From a virus (taxonomy: Duplodnaviria; Caudoviricetes): a DNA stretch of 64,000 bases. Where the stretch lies: IMG/VR virus record IMGVR_UViG_3300027708_000072, positions 628-64,627 of that record. The stretch is one strand, 5' to 3'. This document shows positions 45,373 to 57,600 of the stretch, in pieces. The notes beneath the pieces were generated by a model that had not been told where the DNA came from, ran no database searches, and saw nothing but the letters and a program-made list of their open reading frames with translations. A program made the position numbers and the translations under genes. Numbering within the stretch: the stretch's first letter is position 1; every line of letters begins with the position of its first letter.

Positions 45373-45392
45373 CAGTTATTCCTCATTCCTAA

Positions 45393-45400
45393 TATTTATC
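45393..45400 (-). promoter_or_regulatory. Putative late promoter box GATAAATA
   Basis: Reverse complement TATTTATC, upstream of GAGG RBS and ATG 45372. Confidence 0.55.
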
Positions 45401-45414
45401 GTTATATGCTAGTG

Positions 45415-46533
45415 TTACCATGTAGTAAGCGCCGCACGTTTCCATGTGTTAACCGCAACGCAAACGTAAACATAGCCCGGGCCCCATGCAATTTGCCCTG
45501 GTAATCCGTCTGCTGAAGCAGTTGCTGGAACTAATGAAGTATTAATAACTATAGAAGTTCCAGATAAAGTTAAATTTCCTCTAACATTTGCGTTACCGTT
45601 GACATCTAAAGTTGCTACTGGCGTTGATGTAAATAGTCCTATTTGCTGTGAAGCACTGTTTATAAATATTGCCGGTGTAACACTTCCGTTTGGATTTACA
45701 TAAACTCCAAAATTCTGTCCTTGAATTTTTGCAGTTAAATTAAATTTTGAACTATCAACATCAATCTGTGCATTTTGGGCTGGCCCCAAAACTAGCGGGA
45801 TTGGATGTGCAATAACTATCTGATTGATAGTTGTCATAGTATGCGTCAATTCTGCTGGATTGCCAGTATTTAAAAAATTCTCAGCAGTTTTATTTGTTCC
45901 GTCGGCCGCAACTAGTAACCCGGCTGATTTAGCTTGAACATTAAAAGTCAATCCTGCAAGATTACTAGCATTAAATCCAATACCTATATCTCCAGCAAAA
46001 TTAGCAGGAGCAACACGTGGTGTAAATGAGTCAAGGCTAAAAATTCCAATTATTGTTTTCTTTAGATAAAGATATAACACTGTATGATCAACACTATAGA
46101 TATCAGTAATTGTTCCTGTTTGAAATCCAGATAATCCTTGACTTTGTGTATAAACAGGGCCTGCCAAAATATTAGCAGTGCCATCGTTAAAATACATTTG
46201 TTGATTTTTGCTGTCAATCCACAAATCTCCTGTTGCTAATTGTGCAGGAATATCACCTGAGACTATTGCACCACCTGATACCCTAAACAAATTGCCGTCA
46301 TATACTTTTAAACGTCCGGTGCTGGTATCATACCATAACTGACCGATAATAGGATTATTAGGAGAATTAGAATTTGCAAAATTTTCTAAAAGATATACAA
46401 AATTTTCGTTAAGATATGTTCCATAACTTGCCGCATTTTTACCAATCAATGTAAGATCGGTACTGTTATCAACTTGGCCGTCTACTATTTGAGTTAACGT
46501 ATTGCCATTACTTTTTAATATAGTGTAACTCAT
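45415..46533 (-). CDS. Baseplate/tail structural protein (paralog)
   Basis: Same N-terminal GKN...LLENF...GQLWYD domain; C-terminal YVYVCVAVNTWKR. Confidence 0.75.
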   Translation of the reverse strand: MSYTILKSNGNTLTQIVDGQVDNSTDLTLIGKNAASYGTYLNENFVYLLENFANSNSPNNPIIGQLWYDTSTGRLKVYDGNLFRVSGGAIVSGDIPAQLATGDLWIDSKNQQMYFNDGTANILAGPVYTQSQGLSGFQTGTITDIYSVDHTVLYLYLKKTIIGIFSLDSFTPRVAPANFAGDIGIGFNASNLAGLTFNVQAKSAGLLVAADGTNKTAENFLNTGNPAELTHTMTTINQIVIAHPIPLVLGPAQNAQIDVDSSKFNLTAKIQGQNFGVYVNPNGSVTPAIFINSASQQIGLFTSTPVATLDVNGNANVRGNLTLSGTSIVINTSLVPATASADGLPGQIAWGPGYVYVCVAVNTWKRAALTTW

Positions 46534-48629
46534 TATATAAGGACTCCGTGGAATATAATATAATTGATAGCTAGGTACGGATTCATTGTATTAAATGATT
46601 CACCGTGTGTGTCGGATTGGACTCCGCCGCTAGTTGCCAAATATTGTGCTTGGGCGGCCGCTTGTCCGCCTACACCAGAAATAGCATTAGTATCGTCCGG
46701 CGTGCCTGCAACATTACGTACTGCAAAATACTGATTACCAGCATTACCTTTCAAAGTATGAGTATGCTCTGGGATATTTTTGGTTGCAAGAGTTACTGAC
46801 TCTTGCCCAGATGTTCCACCTAGATTTTGTGCAAATGCGTTTGTTACTCGACCAGATGTTGCACTAACTGTATAAACTGGAACTCCCGCTGGCGTGTTTA
46901 CTTGAATATTATTATTCATGTTATCTCTACCAAGAGGGAATCGACCTCTTAGATCTGGCAAGCAAAATGTTCCTGCGCCTTGCAAAGTTCCAACTGCTTT
47001 GTATGTATAACCGATAACTGAAAATAATCCACTATATGTTGAATTACTAATTTCAGCGCCGTCACATAAAAAATACCCTTTGGGAATTGCTGTTGATGGC
47101 CCGGCATATGGAAATATACAACCAACTGGCACTACTGGAAAACTATTTGTTAAATTATTAACACTGATCTTTTTAAGAGAACTAGCAGTTGGACTATAAA
47201 GTAATATTTCTTCTACTCCAGTAGTGCTAGATATAGAACCTTGTCCGCTAACTGCAATACTTGTAAGTTTTGTATTAAATGTTACAGTTTGATTTTGTCC
47301 GTCAAATGATGTACTATCAGTAACTGTATTAATTACATCTCCGGCTATGCTAAAAACTGTAGGACTAGCTAGTTTTGTTGCACTACCGCTAACACTTCCT
47401 TGAAATCCGCCACTAAATGTTCCGTTAAAATTTCCGTAAAAATTAGTTGCATATATACTTGCAAATTGAGTGCCGCCAGAAATTGTAGGATCCGATCCAA
47501 GATTATAAACATTATTAAGTAAAGGTTGTATATCTCCGCCTAAACTTAATAGTCCATTAAGGCTCAGCGTTTGTAAATGAGTATCCCCAGATACTACTAT
47601 ACCGCCTGCAAAAGTTGCACTGTCTGAGGCAATGTTTGTTAAAGCAAGTCTGTTTGCAGAAATTGAACCGTTAACATCTAATGCTACAGTTGGGTTTGAC
47701 TTGTTAATACCAACAAATGCATTTGGGTCCAAATGTAAAACTGTACTTGCTGTACCATTAACATTTAATTTAAAATCTATACTGTTACCACTTTTTGCAT
47801 AAAACGTTGCCGCATTAGTAGCAGATTCAGTAAACAACGTAATTGCACCAGTATCACTACCAACAGTTAATCCGGTAGCAGATCTTACATTGAGACCGTA
47901 ATTGGTAGTGCTCGGTTGATCGCTTCTTAAAAGACTTGTTGACGGAACACCCAATCCTGTTTGCGGATCAGTTAGTGTATCAGCCTGCGATGCAGTTCCA
48001 ATTAGTTTATAAGGATCACCACTAGACACAGTATAAAGATTTATACCTTTTTTAAATTGTGTAAATCCATCTTGTGTTGCTTTTGGTGTGAAAGCCGCAT
48101 CACTAATAACTATTAATCGATTATTTTCTACATAGATACTTTGTACAGTGTGTGATTGATTCAACGTATCGACAATTGTTTCTAATTTAGGACCGGTTTG
48201 TGATCCTTGACTAAACGAAGGGCCGACTAACAACCAGTTGCTTCCTGTAAATAAACTTAATTGTTGATTAACAGTATCAACCCACAGGTCGCCTTGAATA
48301 CTAGATGCTATTGTTGGTGTACTTGCAGATTTTTTGACGCCTCCTGCACTTACCCATCCATTTGCAGTCCCGTCAATATTAACTTTTAACTGACTTACAT
48401 TTGGATTATTATCAAACCATAACTGACCTTGTACAGGCTTTACTGGTTTTGTTGGACTAGAAAAATTTTCTAATAAATGCAAAAAGTTTTTTGCAAGTAA
48501 CGGGCCATAACCAGAATAATTTTTACCAACAAATGTCATGTTGGTTTGAGTATTAACTGTTTGATCTTCTACTGTAATCGGCGGTTTAAGCGGATTGTTT
48601 GTTTCTGTAAATGTAACTTGATATGACAT
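46533..48629 (-). CDS. Tail fibre protein with phage tail collar domain
   Basis: VPVGCIFPYAG...GYFLCDG...LFSVIGYTY...LPDLRGRFP and PYLAINYII. Confidence 0.85.
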   Translation of the reverse strand: MSYQVTFTETNNPLKPPITVEDQTVNTQTNMTFVGKNYSGYGPLLAKNFLHLLENFSSPTKPVKPVQGQLWFDNNPNVSQLKVNIDGTANGWVSAGGVKKSASTPTIASSIQGDLWVDTVNQQLSLFTGSNWLLVGPSFSQGSQTGPKLETIVDTLNQSHTVQSIYVENNRLIVISDAAFTPKATQDGFTQFKKGINLYTVSSGDPYKLIGTASQADTLTDPQTGLGVPSTSLLRSDQPSTTNYGLNVRSATGLTVGSDTGAITLFTESATNAATFYAKSGNSIDFKLNVNGTASTVLHLDPNAFVGINKSNPTVALDVNGSISANRLALTNIASDSATFAGGIVVSGDTHLQTLSLNGLLSLGGDIQPLLNNVYNLGSDPTISGGTQFASIYATNFYGNFNGTFSGGFQGSVSGSATKLASPTVFSIAGDVINTVTDSTSFDGQNQTVTFNTKLTSIAVSGQGSISSTTGVEEILLYSPTASSLKKISVNNLTNSFPVVPVGCIFPYAGPSTAIPKGYFLCDGAEISNSTYSGLFSVIGYTYKAVGTLQGAGTFCLPDLRGRFPLGRDNMNNNIQVNTPAGVPVYTVSATSGRVTNAFAQNLGGTSGQESVTLATKNIPEHTHTLKGNAGNQYFAVRNVAGTPDDTNAISGVGGQAAAQAQYLATSGGVQSDTHGESFNTMNPYLAINYIIFHGVLI

Positions 48630-48632
48630 TTA

Positions 48633-49244
48633 TTAAACTCCTGCTAAGCCAGTTAAGCTCTGTATACGAACCGTATAATCAATCTGGATTAAACGATTTA
48701 AACTTTTTTGTACAGGATTAAAAATAACATGAGTTAATAATAGCCCTGTCCCCGACGGATTGTAACTAACGAGCCCTAATTCATCAAATACAAATGCATC
48801 GTTTGTATTATTGGCATTATCAAATGCTTGCTGACTTGCTGGCTCGCCGTAGTCTAATAAACAAGTTACAAATAAATCAGTATAATTTGTTCCAGTTACA
48901 TGACGAGTTTCAAGATAATTACGAGTAGGATCGGTATTATTACTGCTTTGGCCGTCAACTACTTTTGCAAATGTTTGATTATAAAGAGCCGCATTACTTC
49001 CCGAGCTATTTGGGGTCAAATATGTAATAATTCCCGTTGGATCAACGGCTGTTCCGCCGTTACCAAAGGCCATTTGATAAACAGTTCCACCTTTTGAACT
49101 ATTTGCCATTGTTTGGGCAAGAGCAATACTCATATTTTCGTAATGAATTGCATTACGTTTATTAATGTAAACTTCTTGGGTTTCGGGGTCGTATATTTTA
49201 ATATGCCCTTCTACATGAATTCCAGTTAAATCTTTACCTTGCAT
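48633..49244 (-). CDS. Baseplate/tail structural protein
   Basis: 203 aa between tail genes; FDELGL...LLTHVIFNPVQKS. Confidence 0.65.
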   Translation of the reverse strand: MQGKDLTGIHVEGHIKIYDPETQEVYINKRNAIHYENMSIALAQTMANSSKGGTVYQMAFGNGGTAVDPTGIITYLTPNSSGSNAALYNQTFAKVVDGQSSNNTDPTRNYLETRHVTGTNYTDLFVTCLLDYGEPASQQAFDNANNTNDAFVFDELGLVSYNPSGTGLLLTHVIFNPVQKSLNRLIQIDYTVRIQSLTGLAGV

Positions 49245-49264
49245 AGTAATCTCTCTTTGTTCAA

Positions 49265-49272
49265 TATTTATC
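49265..49272 (-). promoter_or_regulatory. Putative late promoter box GATAAATA
   Basis: Reverse complement TATTTATC upstream of ATG 49244. Confidence 0.55.
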
Positions 49273-49295
49273 TTATACCATAATGTGCTAGTTTA

Positions 49296-51641
49296 TTAAG
49301 CCGCTACCGCTTTAATCACCGCAAAATTTATAACAGGTGCTTCAGTAGTAACTACTGCGGAAGGTGTATAAACCGTGATGTTGAATGAGTTTGTGGTAAC
49401 GTTTGTCACAGAAAGCAAATAAATTCCAGTTCCAGAAGCCTGACTTAATACTATAGTATCTGTTCCAACAACTGTGTTATTTGTAACAGTAAACGTTGAT
49501 ATTTGGCCTGCTGTTGAAGTAGTACTGAACAGAGTAATTTGTCCGGTGCCTTTAGTCAAACTAACTCCGGTAGTTCTGCTAGTTCCTTGTGTAACTGTGC
49601 CGCCCGATCCTGTAGAATAACCAATTACTGAAGTGGAACCGTTAGCTCTAATATTACCTGCAACTGTAACAGTTGGGCTATTCAATGTTAATGTTCCGCC
49701 GCTTGTTGATCCAATTGTAATATTAGTAGTGGAACTAGCCGCACCGTTTGTACCAATGTTTATTGCTTTAGTATTGCCGCTTGTAGTGGCACCACTAGCA
49801 AAATTATATGTACTTGCTCCAGTACTTGCTGTAAACATGTTTACAGTTTGTGCGGCTGTAGCTGTATTACCTAAACTGTAAGTGGTTGCCGCACCAAATT
49901 CAGAAACTGTTGTTGCCAATGACGCAAAGTTTAATGTTCCAGTCAATCCGGTATTAAACAATGCCAATGTACCGCTTGTTTGGCCTGTTGCAATAGTTCC
50001 TGCATTTAATGTTAAAGTAGCACTAGTAGCATTACCAACTGTAATTGCTGTTGCCGCACCTGCAAAATTAACTGTTGTTGCGCCAGTATTAATTAAAGCA
50101 AATGTTCCAGTTGTAGGAGTAGTAATGCTAGTTGATATATCTGGGCTAGTAAGACTCGGCGTGTTGTTGAATACAACTAGGCCCGATCCAGTTTCGTCAG
50201 TTAATGTATTGGCTAAACTTGCGCTACTTGCTGTAGTTAAGAAACTTGCCATACTACCAGCTAGTCCGGTAATACCTGTTGAAGCTGGAACTGTTACTGA
50301 GATATCAGCAGATCCGTCAAACGGATTACCGTTAATATTTCTTGCTACTGTTAATTTGGCGGCTGATCCAGTTGTATTTTGATTTAGCGTTGGAATATCT
50401 GTGGAGACTAATGCCCTAAACGAAGGAACGCCAGATGCCGCGTTAGGAGCCGCATAGATTGTATTGGCAGACTGACTTCCAAATGGTAGGAAATAATCGG
50501 TGCCTGCAACTGCGGCAGACACGCTGGTTCCATTACCTTTTAGCAATCCAGTAACACTTGTGGTAATTGTAATAGCAGGTGTACTTGTAGATGTAGCGAC
50601 TGTTCCTGTAAATCCGTTAGCACTAGCAACACTTACTGAGCTTACTGTTCCAACCGATGGTGCAGGAGGTGTAAATGTGAATATACCTGTTCCAGGAGCA
50701 AATGCTAAACTTCCTCCGCCACTTGCGGCCGCTGTTGTTACACTAAAAGATCCTAATTGAACTGGATTGAATCCTAATGCATCTGTGATGTTAGTACTAG
50801 TTAATGTTAATGATCCACCTAGTGTTAAATTACCATTACTTGTAACAGTTCCTGATAATGTAATTCCGCTAACTGTTCCGGTTCCTTGTACTTGAGTTAC
50901 TGTGCCCTGGCCGGCGCCTGTAGCCGTCCATTCAAATGCACTACCGTTCCATTTTAAAAATGTGTTAGTAATCGATGGTGCTGTAATAAAATCTGTAACC
51001 CCAATACCTGACTGATACAAAATTTTGTTTGGTGCGCCGCCTGGTAAGCTAGTAACTGACCCCCAGCTAGTCGATGCGCCGTTTGTTGTTAAAAATTTTC
51101 CGTTTTGTCCTACTTGAGTAGGAAGTACTTTGCCTTCGGCAAGTGTTGAAATCCAAACAGGATTATTATAAATTTGATTTATATAAACACCGTTTGTAAC
51201 TGTATTAGAATTACCTGCAATATCTCCAGTAATTTTTGATCCAGCTAAACTTCCTAACCAGCCTGGATTTTGATATGTTGTACTAGTATAAACTCCATTA
51301 GTAACTGTGCCGGCATTACCTGTAATATTTCCCGTAATAGGATTGGTAACTGTTAAATTAGTCAGTGTTCCTACAGTTGTTAAACTACTTGTAACAACAC
51401 TAGGAGCTAAGGTTGTGCCAGTTAACTGATTGGCGGCCGCTGTAATTTGCGCATCGATAGTTGCCCATGCAGTACCTGTACCATCAGTTGTTAAGAATTT
51501 ACCAGAATTTCCAGTTTGGGTTGGAAGCGTTGTTAGATATAATTCTGCAAAGTTTGCATTTATCTTCTGTGCGCCGGTACGTAGTGTATCGCCAGTACCG
51601 TCATTAACAGTTGATCCAATGTTGAGAATCTGTTGTGCCAT
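49296..51641 (-). CDS. Baseplate wedge/fibre protein with T4 gp9/gp10-like N-terminus
   Basis: INIG-like LNIGSTVNDGTGDTLRTGAQKINANFAELY; LPTQ-x-G-x2-GKFLTT repeated twice; Thr/Gly-rich shaft. Confidence 0.8.
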   Translation of the reverse strand: MAQQILNIGSTVNDGTGDTLRTGAQKINANFAELYLTTLPTQTGNSGKFLTTDGTGTAWATIDAQITAAANQLTGTTLAPSVVTSSLTTVGTLTNLTVTNPITGNITGNAGTVTNGVYTSTTYQNPGWLGSLAGSKITGDIAGNSNTVTNGVYINQIYNNPVWISTLAEGKVLPTQVGQNGKFLTTNGASTSWGSVTSLPGGAPNKILYQSGIGVTDFITAPSITNTFLKWNGSAFEWTATGAGQGTVTQVQGTGTVSGITLSGTVTSNGNLTLGGSLTLTSTNITDALGFNPVQLGSFSVTTAAASGGGSLAFAPGTGIFTFTPPAPSVGTVSSVSVASANGFTGTVATSTSTPAITITTSVTGLLKGNGTSVSAAVAGTDYFLPFGSQSANTIYAAPNAASGVPSFRALVSTDIPTLNQNTTGSAAKLTVARNINGNPFDGSADISVTVPASTGITGLAGSMASFLTTASSASLANTLTDETGSGLVVFNNTPSLTSPDISTSITTPTTGTFALINTGATTVNFAGAATAITVGNATSATLTLNAGTIATGQTSGTLALFNTGLTGTLNFASLATTVSEFGAATTYSLGNTATAAQTVNMFTASTGASTYNFASGATTSGNTKAINIGTNGAASSTTNITIGSTSGGTLTLNSPTVTVAGNIRANGSTSVIGYSTGSGGTVTQGTSRTTGVSLTKGTGQITLFSTTSTAGQISTFTVTNNTVVGTDTIVLSQASGTGIYLLSVTNVTTNSFNITVYTPSAVVTTEAPVINFAVIKAVAA

Positions 51642-51643
51642 TT

Positions 51644-54600
51644 TTAATTTCCTTGATCGAATGTTGTAGTATCATTATCAAATGTTCCATTAACACTATC
51701 TAATGTTACCGTTGCGGTTGTTGTACCGGCTTGTGTACTTGTAATACGGTTACTTGTTATCCATACTCCAGGTACTGCTGTAATAAATTTAGCAATTTTA
51801 GTTTGGCTATTCTGCAAAGAATCTCCGTTTTCAGTCCATGATTGCCCAACTTTTCTAATAATAGTCACCGCAGTTCCGGGACTAAGTTTATTATTCAATA
51901 CTAGTTCGGCATTGATTCCGTCTACAGCAAAATCAGCTTTAAAACTAACATCTGCTTCAGGACTTGTAGGACCATTTTCTACATTATATACCGAGAAAGG
52001 TTTCTTTCTTAGTCGAGTACTTCCAACAAAATATGTACGGACACTAGATGCAGATACACCAGTAGCAATAGTTAAGCCATCTGCATCTAAAGTAGTAACA
52101 GCACTATTAAATGTTTTACCGCTCTTGTGTGTAGTGATAATTCTATAAATTTGGCTATTAACTGTTATTATCTGATCTTCATAAAATACAGTGTCGGATG
52201 TCCAAATTGTTGAATCGTCGTACCCACCGACAAATACTTCTATTTCATCTGCTTGTCCATAATCTGGAGCAGATATTGTAGTTATCTGACTTGATGCATA
52301 AGTTCCAGGGTCTGATGTATATGTAACAGTAACAGTATTAGTAGATTCTATTAATTTTGGAAGTGTGCTGAACACACCATAGTTATTTGTAATAGATAAC
52401 GTTATAGTAGTTGTTGAACTTGTAGTACATAACCATGCACCGTTATATTGTATTGGAACTGCTCCTGATATAACATAATAACAATTAATAGTTGGAGCAA
52501 TAGTTTGCATTGGTATAGTAAATGTTACACTAAGAGCATTACCTACCGCTGTAAAATTATTAATAGTTGTTGGGATTATTGAAAATTGTTGTGAGATATC
52601 AGCCGATGATATCGAACAATATCCATTATACAACTTATTAGCATTATTTGATACCAATAATAATTTATCAATTGCAGGTGCTGTTTTTTGTTTGGCAATT
52701 GCAAATGCTACTAAGTACGGGCCGGTACCTGTTTTACTAATAAATTTATAAATTGTAGAGCCACTGAATAGACTAAAATTATCAGGAGATACAGTCCATG
52801 CCGTTGATTTGCTTGGAACAAAACTTAACGGAATAATCATGTCGACCCCAACACCGTCCACTAAAACAGTTTCTGTTTTAAAAGTATCAATATACGGAAT
52901 AGTTTCGCTTGGGCCAATATCTTGTACACGAGACCCAGAACCGTGTACCGTTGGAATTCCGGTACCTAATGTACCACGGCGTAATTGTCCAAGTGTAGTA
53001 TTGTTCTTAATTGTAAAGTATTCAATACGTTCTCCGTTAATTTCAACAATGCCAGGTTTATTTAATGCTGAATTTGGTTTGTCAAAATTACCAGCATCTT
53101 TAACAAATATTTCTTTATCGTAGTAGTATAAATCTTGTGTTAAAATATTTTGTTTATATAGATTTAAACGTTTGTAAACAGTTCTATTAAGGATATCTTT
53201 AAATTGCATATAACTTAATCCAGGTTGGATTGGAGTTCCTGCAAAAATAATTGTTTCAAACTCATCGTTAATTGCAATAGGAATATCTAAGCTAATGCTA
53301 CTTAGATCCGGATTGATTTTATAATCGACTCCGTTAGTAAGCAATCGTTTATTTTTTGTAACTAATAATTGAGATTCTAAAGATATTGCCGATGCTAATT
53401 CAATTCGGCCGCCCAACACTCCAACATATTTGTAATATGTAGAAGTTGCTTGTGAGAATTGTAAATTGTTAGTTGCTTTTGTTCTTGTTCTTTGTATTTG
53501 CAAAATATCATGTTTATATGCAGATACAATTTCAACATAATCATCCGATGTATAAGGAGTATTAAATGATATGGTATTACCAACAATATAATAATCCTGG
53601 GCCGATTTAACGTTAACAATTAAGCGTTTTCCTTTGTAAGTTGAATATACCCGTTTGTTAATATTAATAGTAACTCCAGCCGTATCAACAGTGTAATCGG
53701 TTGATATCTTTAATAAATTGCCATCAGCATACACTGTAATATCAGTAGTACTAATACTATATGCTTGAGTGGCCAAAGGATTTAATGTATAGCCATAGTT
53801 GTTTCCAGAAATAGTAAAATAACTAGTGTTAGGACCACTTAAAATTAACTGATTAGCACGTACAATTATACTAGTTTCTAAAGGCAAACTAGACCCGATT
53901 GTACTCGATAATGTATATGTTGTAGAACCGTTAGTAGGTAATTTTTCATTTTTAAATATTGAAAATGTCTGTTGATTTCCTGATACAATTAGATAATTTA
54001 AAACTGAGAATTTATTTGGAGCGATACTGAATCTAAAACCGATACGGTTTGGACTATCATATGTCGAGTCTGTTTTAAACAAGGTCGGTTGAATAGGAAC
54101 TCCATCTAAATAAGCCACATACGTAAACGCTGTATCAAGGTACGGTGCTTTTGTAATAAATTCCTTGGTCGATCCGTTAGCTACAAAATAATCAACGTCT
54201 AGGATATTAGTACCGTTAAATCCAAAACTGTGTATTGTAACTATACTGCCTGCGGCTGGCGCGGTTCGTATCACGACTTGTTTATTAGGATAATCAAGAT
54301 AGTAATCAGTGCCAGTTGTTAGTATATTAGAATTAACTTTAACGTATACTGCATCACTACTGTTTGGAAATTGTTCCAACCCAAATTTCTTGTTCACACC
54401 GTTGGCAATATAACTTAAAACTTTAATCGATGCAGACCCGTCGCTTGGGCGGTCGAACACTTTAATTGCTACTGCATCGACTACTTGTCCGTTAACTAAC
54501 TCTTCTGGGCCGCCACCGGTTGTTTCTGTTACAAATCCATCGCCGTCGAGAATTATGTCTGCAGGATCTAGTCCCGTAGCAGAATCATATACTAATGTAC

Positions 54601-57600
54601 CGCCATCTAATGCTGTATCAAAATCATTTTCGTTAACAGCTACCGCTCCGTCACTGGTAGATTTTCTAAATATAATTAAATCTCCCACTTTCATAGTGTA
54701 CGTATTTGGAATTGTAATAATATTAGAATAACCGTCTGCTAGGAACGTTGGCATAACTGCCAACTGATTTCCGCTACTTTTAGCCACACATGAACCTGTT
54801 GCATTAATTAATTTAAATTCAGTAGCCAATTGTGAGGTTGCTGATATTTTAAAAGTTCGATTGTCTATTACATCTTTTACATAATAAGGTGTATTACTAT
54901 TAATATTTCCAAAAGTAGTTCCTGTAAATGTAATTAAATCTCCGACTTTAAATGTAATTGGTGTAATAGTGGTAATGGTATTACTACTTACTTCAGTTTT
55001 GCTAATAATCCATTGTTTTGTAAAATTCTCATCATCTAATCTAACAGGATCATTTGTTGCCGAAATAGTTATGTTTGCTCCGGCCGCAGGAGCTTCAGAC
55101 AATTGTAAGGAATTATTTGTAATATATCTAAAATTGCTTGGAGCAATTAATGTTCTAACGAATCTTATATTGATACCTGCTAAAATGTCTCCATAAAGAA
55201 TATTTGACAATAACAATGTAGTGCTGTTAATTATTTTTTCTATTTTTGTACCGTCTGCAATTGCGCCTGCAATATTACATGTGGCAACATCTCCGATTTT
55301 TAATCCGGTTGTATTGTTTAAAGATAAGATAAGTTGAGGAGATGCCGCAACTTGTTGCAATGCCATAGTACCTTGTGCAGAAACTAAGGGAAATATATCT
55401 CCTCCAGACGTATCACTTATTGTAAATGTTGTTGAATTTATAATTTCTTTTACATAATATGTTGTTTTTTCTACTAATCCGCCAAACAATGTTCCGTTAA
55501 CTTGGAATGGCAAACCAACATATAAATTCAAAGTTGAGCCTGTCAAATAATTGCTAGACGTACCGTAACGCATTTGCATGGTTCCAAGGGCCGAGTTGAC
55601 CGTGAATACCGATCCTCCTACACTAGAAGCCACAGTAAATGTTCCAACATCAATTATTTCTTTTACATAATAAATTTGATTTGAAATAAATCCGCCGAAT
55701 GTTCCTGTAATAAAAGTTATTGGTTTGTTAACTGATAAATTAGCTGTTGAACCTTTTAAATAATTGAATCCGTTAATTGTTTGAGTGATGTTAATTACTT
55801 CGGTAGAGGTCGCAGTTATTGTTCTTGTAACTCCAGCAACCAATTTATCAAGTGTAACAATTACACTATCAATTAAATTAAACTTCAAAGAAAAACTATA
55901 TATTGTTTTAGCACCGTCGGATATATAGGTATTACTAATAACTGGCTGATAATATATATTAACACTTGTTAACACTTCAGGAACATATGGTAATTCAAAT
56001 ACTCGTGTGACTACAGTATCTGCATCAATAGTTACAATATAATCATTATAAACATTCTCGTATGAATCCCACAAATCTTGCATGTACCCAACACTGCTCC
56101 AGCCTTGTGGAGTACTATAATCAAGTCCAGTAACAACTACTCCACCGTAATCAACACCTGTCATTAGTTGGTTTAAATTTTTTCCAAGTTGTCCTGTACC
56201 TGGATTATAAAAATACTGAATTCTATCGCTTGCATTTAATAAATCAATATCCTTTAGATAGTCAACAGTTACAACTACTCCAGCAAGCGGTGCTGTTTTA
56301 AATTTAATTAATCCGCTGTAACTAGTATAACCTTTTGAAGTTGATTTAACTGTTGATATTGTATAGCTGTCACGTAGTGCTGAAACTCCATTTAATTTTA
56401 CAGTAGCAGAATTAATTTTTATATCAGGCGCCCATGTTAAAGCAAAATTAGTTTTGCCGCCGGTGCCTTCAAATGCCTGTGTTTCGTTTAACTGAATAAT
56501 ATAATATTGGTCAGTAATTCTATCAAATTTCATTTTAATAAGACTCGATCGTACTAGTCCTTTACCAATAATAGCAACTGCTGTAGCCAATGCACTAGTT
56601 GAACTGCCGCCACCGTCTATAACAATAGTAGGTGCCGATAGATAACCACTACCTGGATTTAATAATAAAATTCTAGTTACTTTTCCGTTAGCAATAAAAG
56701 CACGAGCTTGAGCACCGGTGCCGCTGTCGCTTAAGATCCTAACTGTAGGCTCTGAAACATAATTTGTACCGTTATTAGTAATAACAACGGATGTTATTTG
56801 ATAACCAATATTATCTAACCAATGTTTCCAAGGATAAGATTTTATAATATCGTTATTTGAAACTATAACTCCATTTTTTATAGAAGCACTAATATTTTGA
56901 TTTTTGCCAGGTTGAAATACCGAAGGTAAATCAAAATCTGTAACTACGGAAGAGCTATTATCTATAGATGTATAGTTGCTAACATATTCTCTAACTGTTG
57001 TTTTATAAGGAACTACTTCGTTGATATAATCTTGGAAGTCTGGTAGATTATCATTTTTATATGTGATCGTTTGTTTTAAATTACCAACATTATGTTGGGC
57101 TTTTACAAAACTAGTTTTAAATGCCCAATCAATATAAGTTTGTTCTGAATGTGCATACCGAACGCTGGCAAAGAATAAATCTAAATAATTTTGTTTTAAT
57201 GTATCGGTTAAAATATTATCTTTTAAACAATTTAAAATTATTCTCAATTCTCTGCTGGCTGTAAAATCATACCCGATACTATCATAGGTCGATCCGTCAA
57301 AACCAATATTATTATTTTGAAAATTATATAACTTTTGACTCAACTGTATTGTGCCGTTTTCAATCCCCACTACTTTATATCGCTGTGTCCAGTCAATACT
57401 ATCGACTAAAGAATAACAGTAAAGTAATTGCCAACCTTTAGATCCGGCAATTCTAACTTTTACAGTTTGTCCGACAACAGGGTTTAATGTTCCAATTTCT
57501 GCGAATGTGTCAATTGCAAAATCTATTACACTGAATTGATTGAACCCGCTAGCATACCAATCAACAGATTCCCAATAATTTCTAGTATCATACGATTGTG

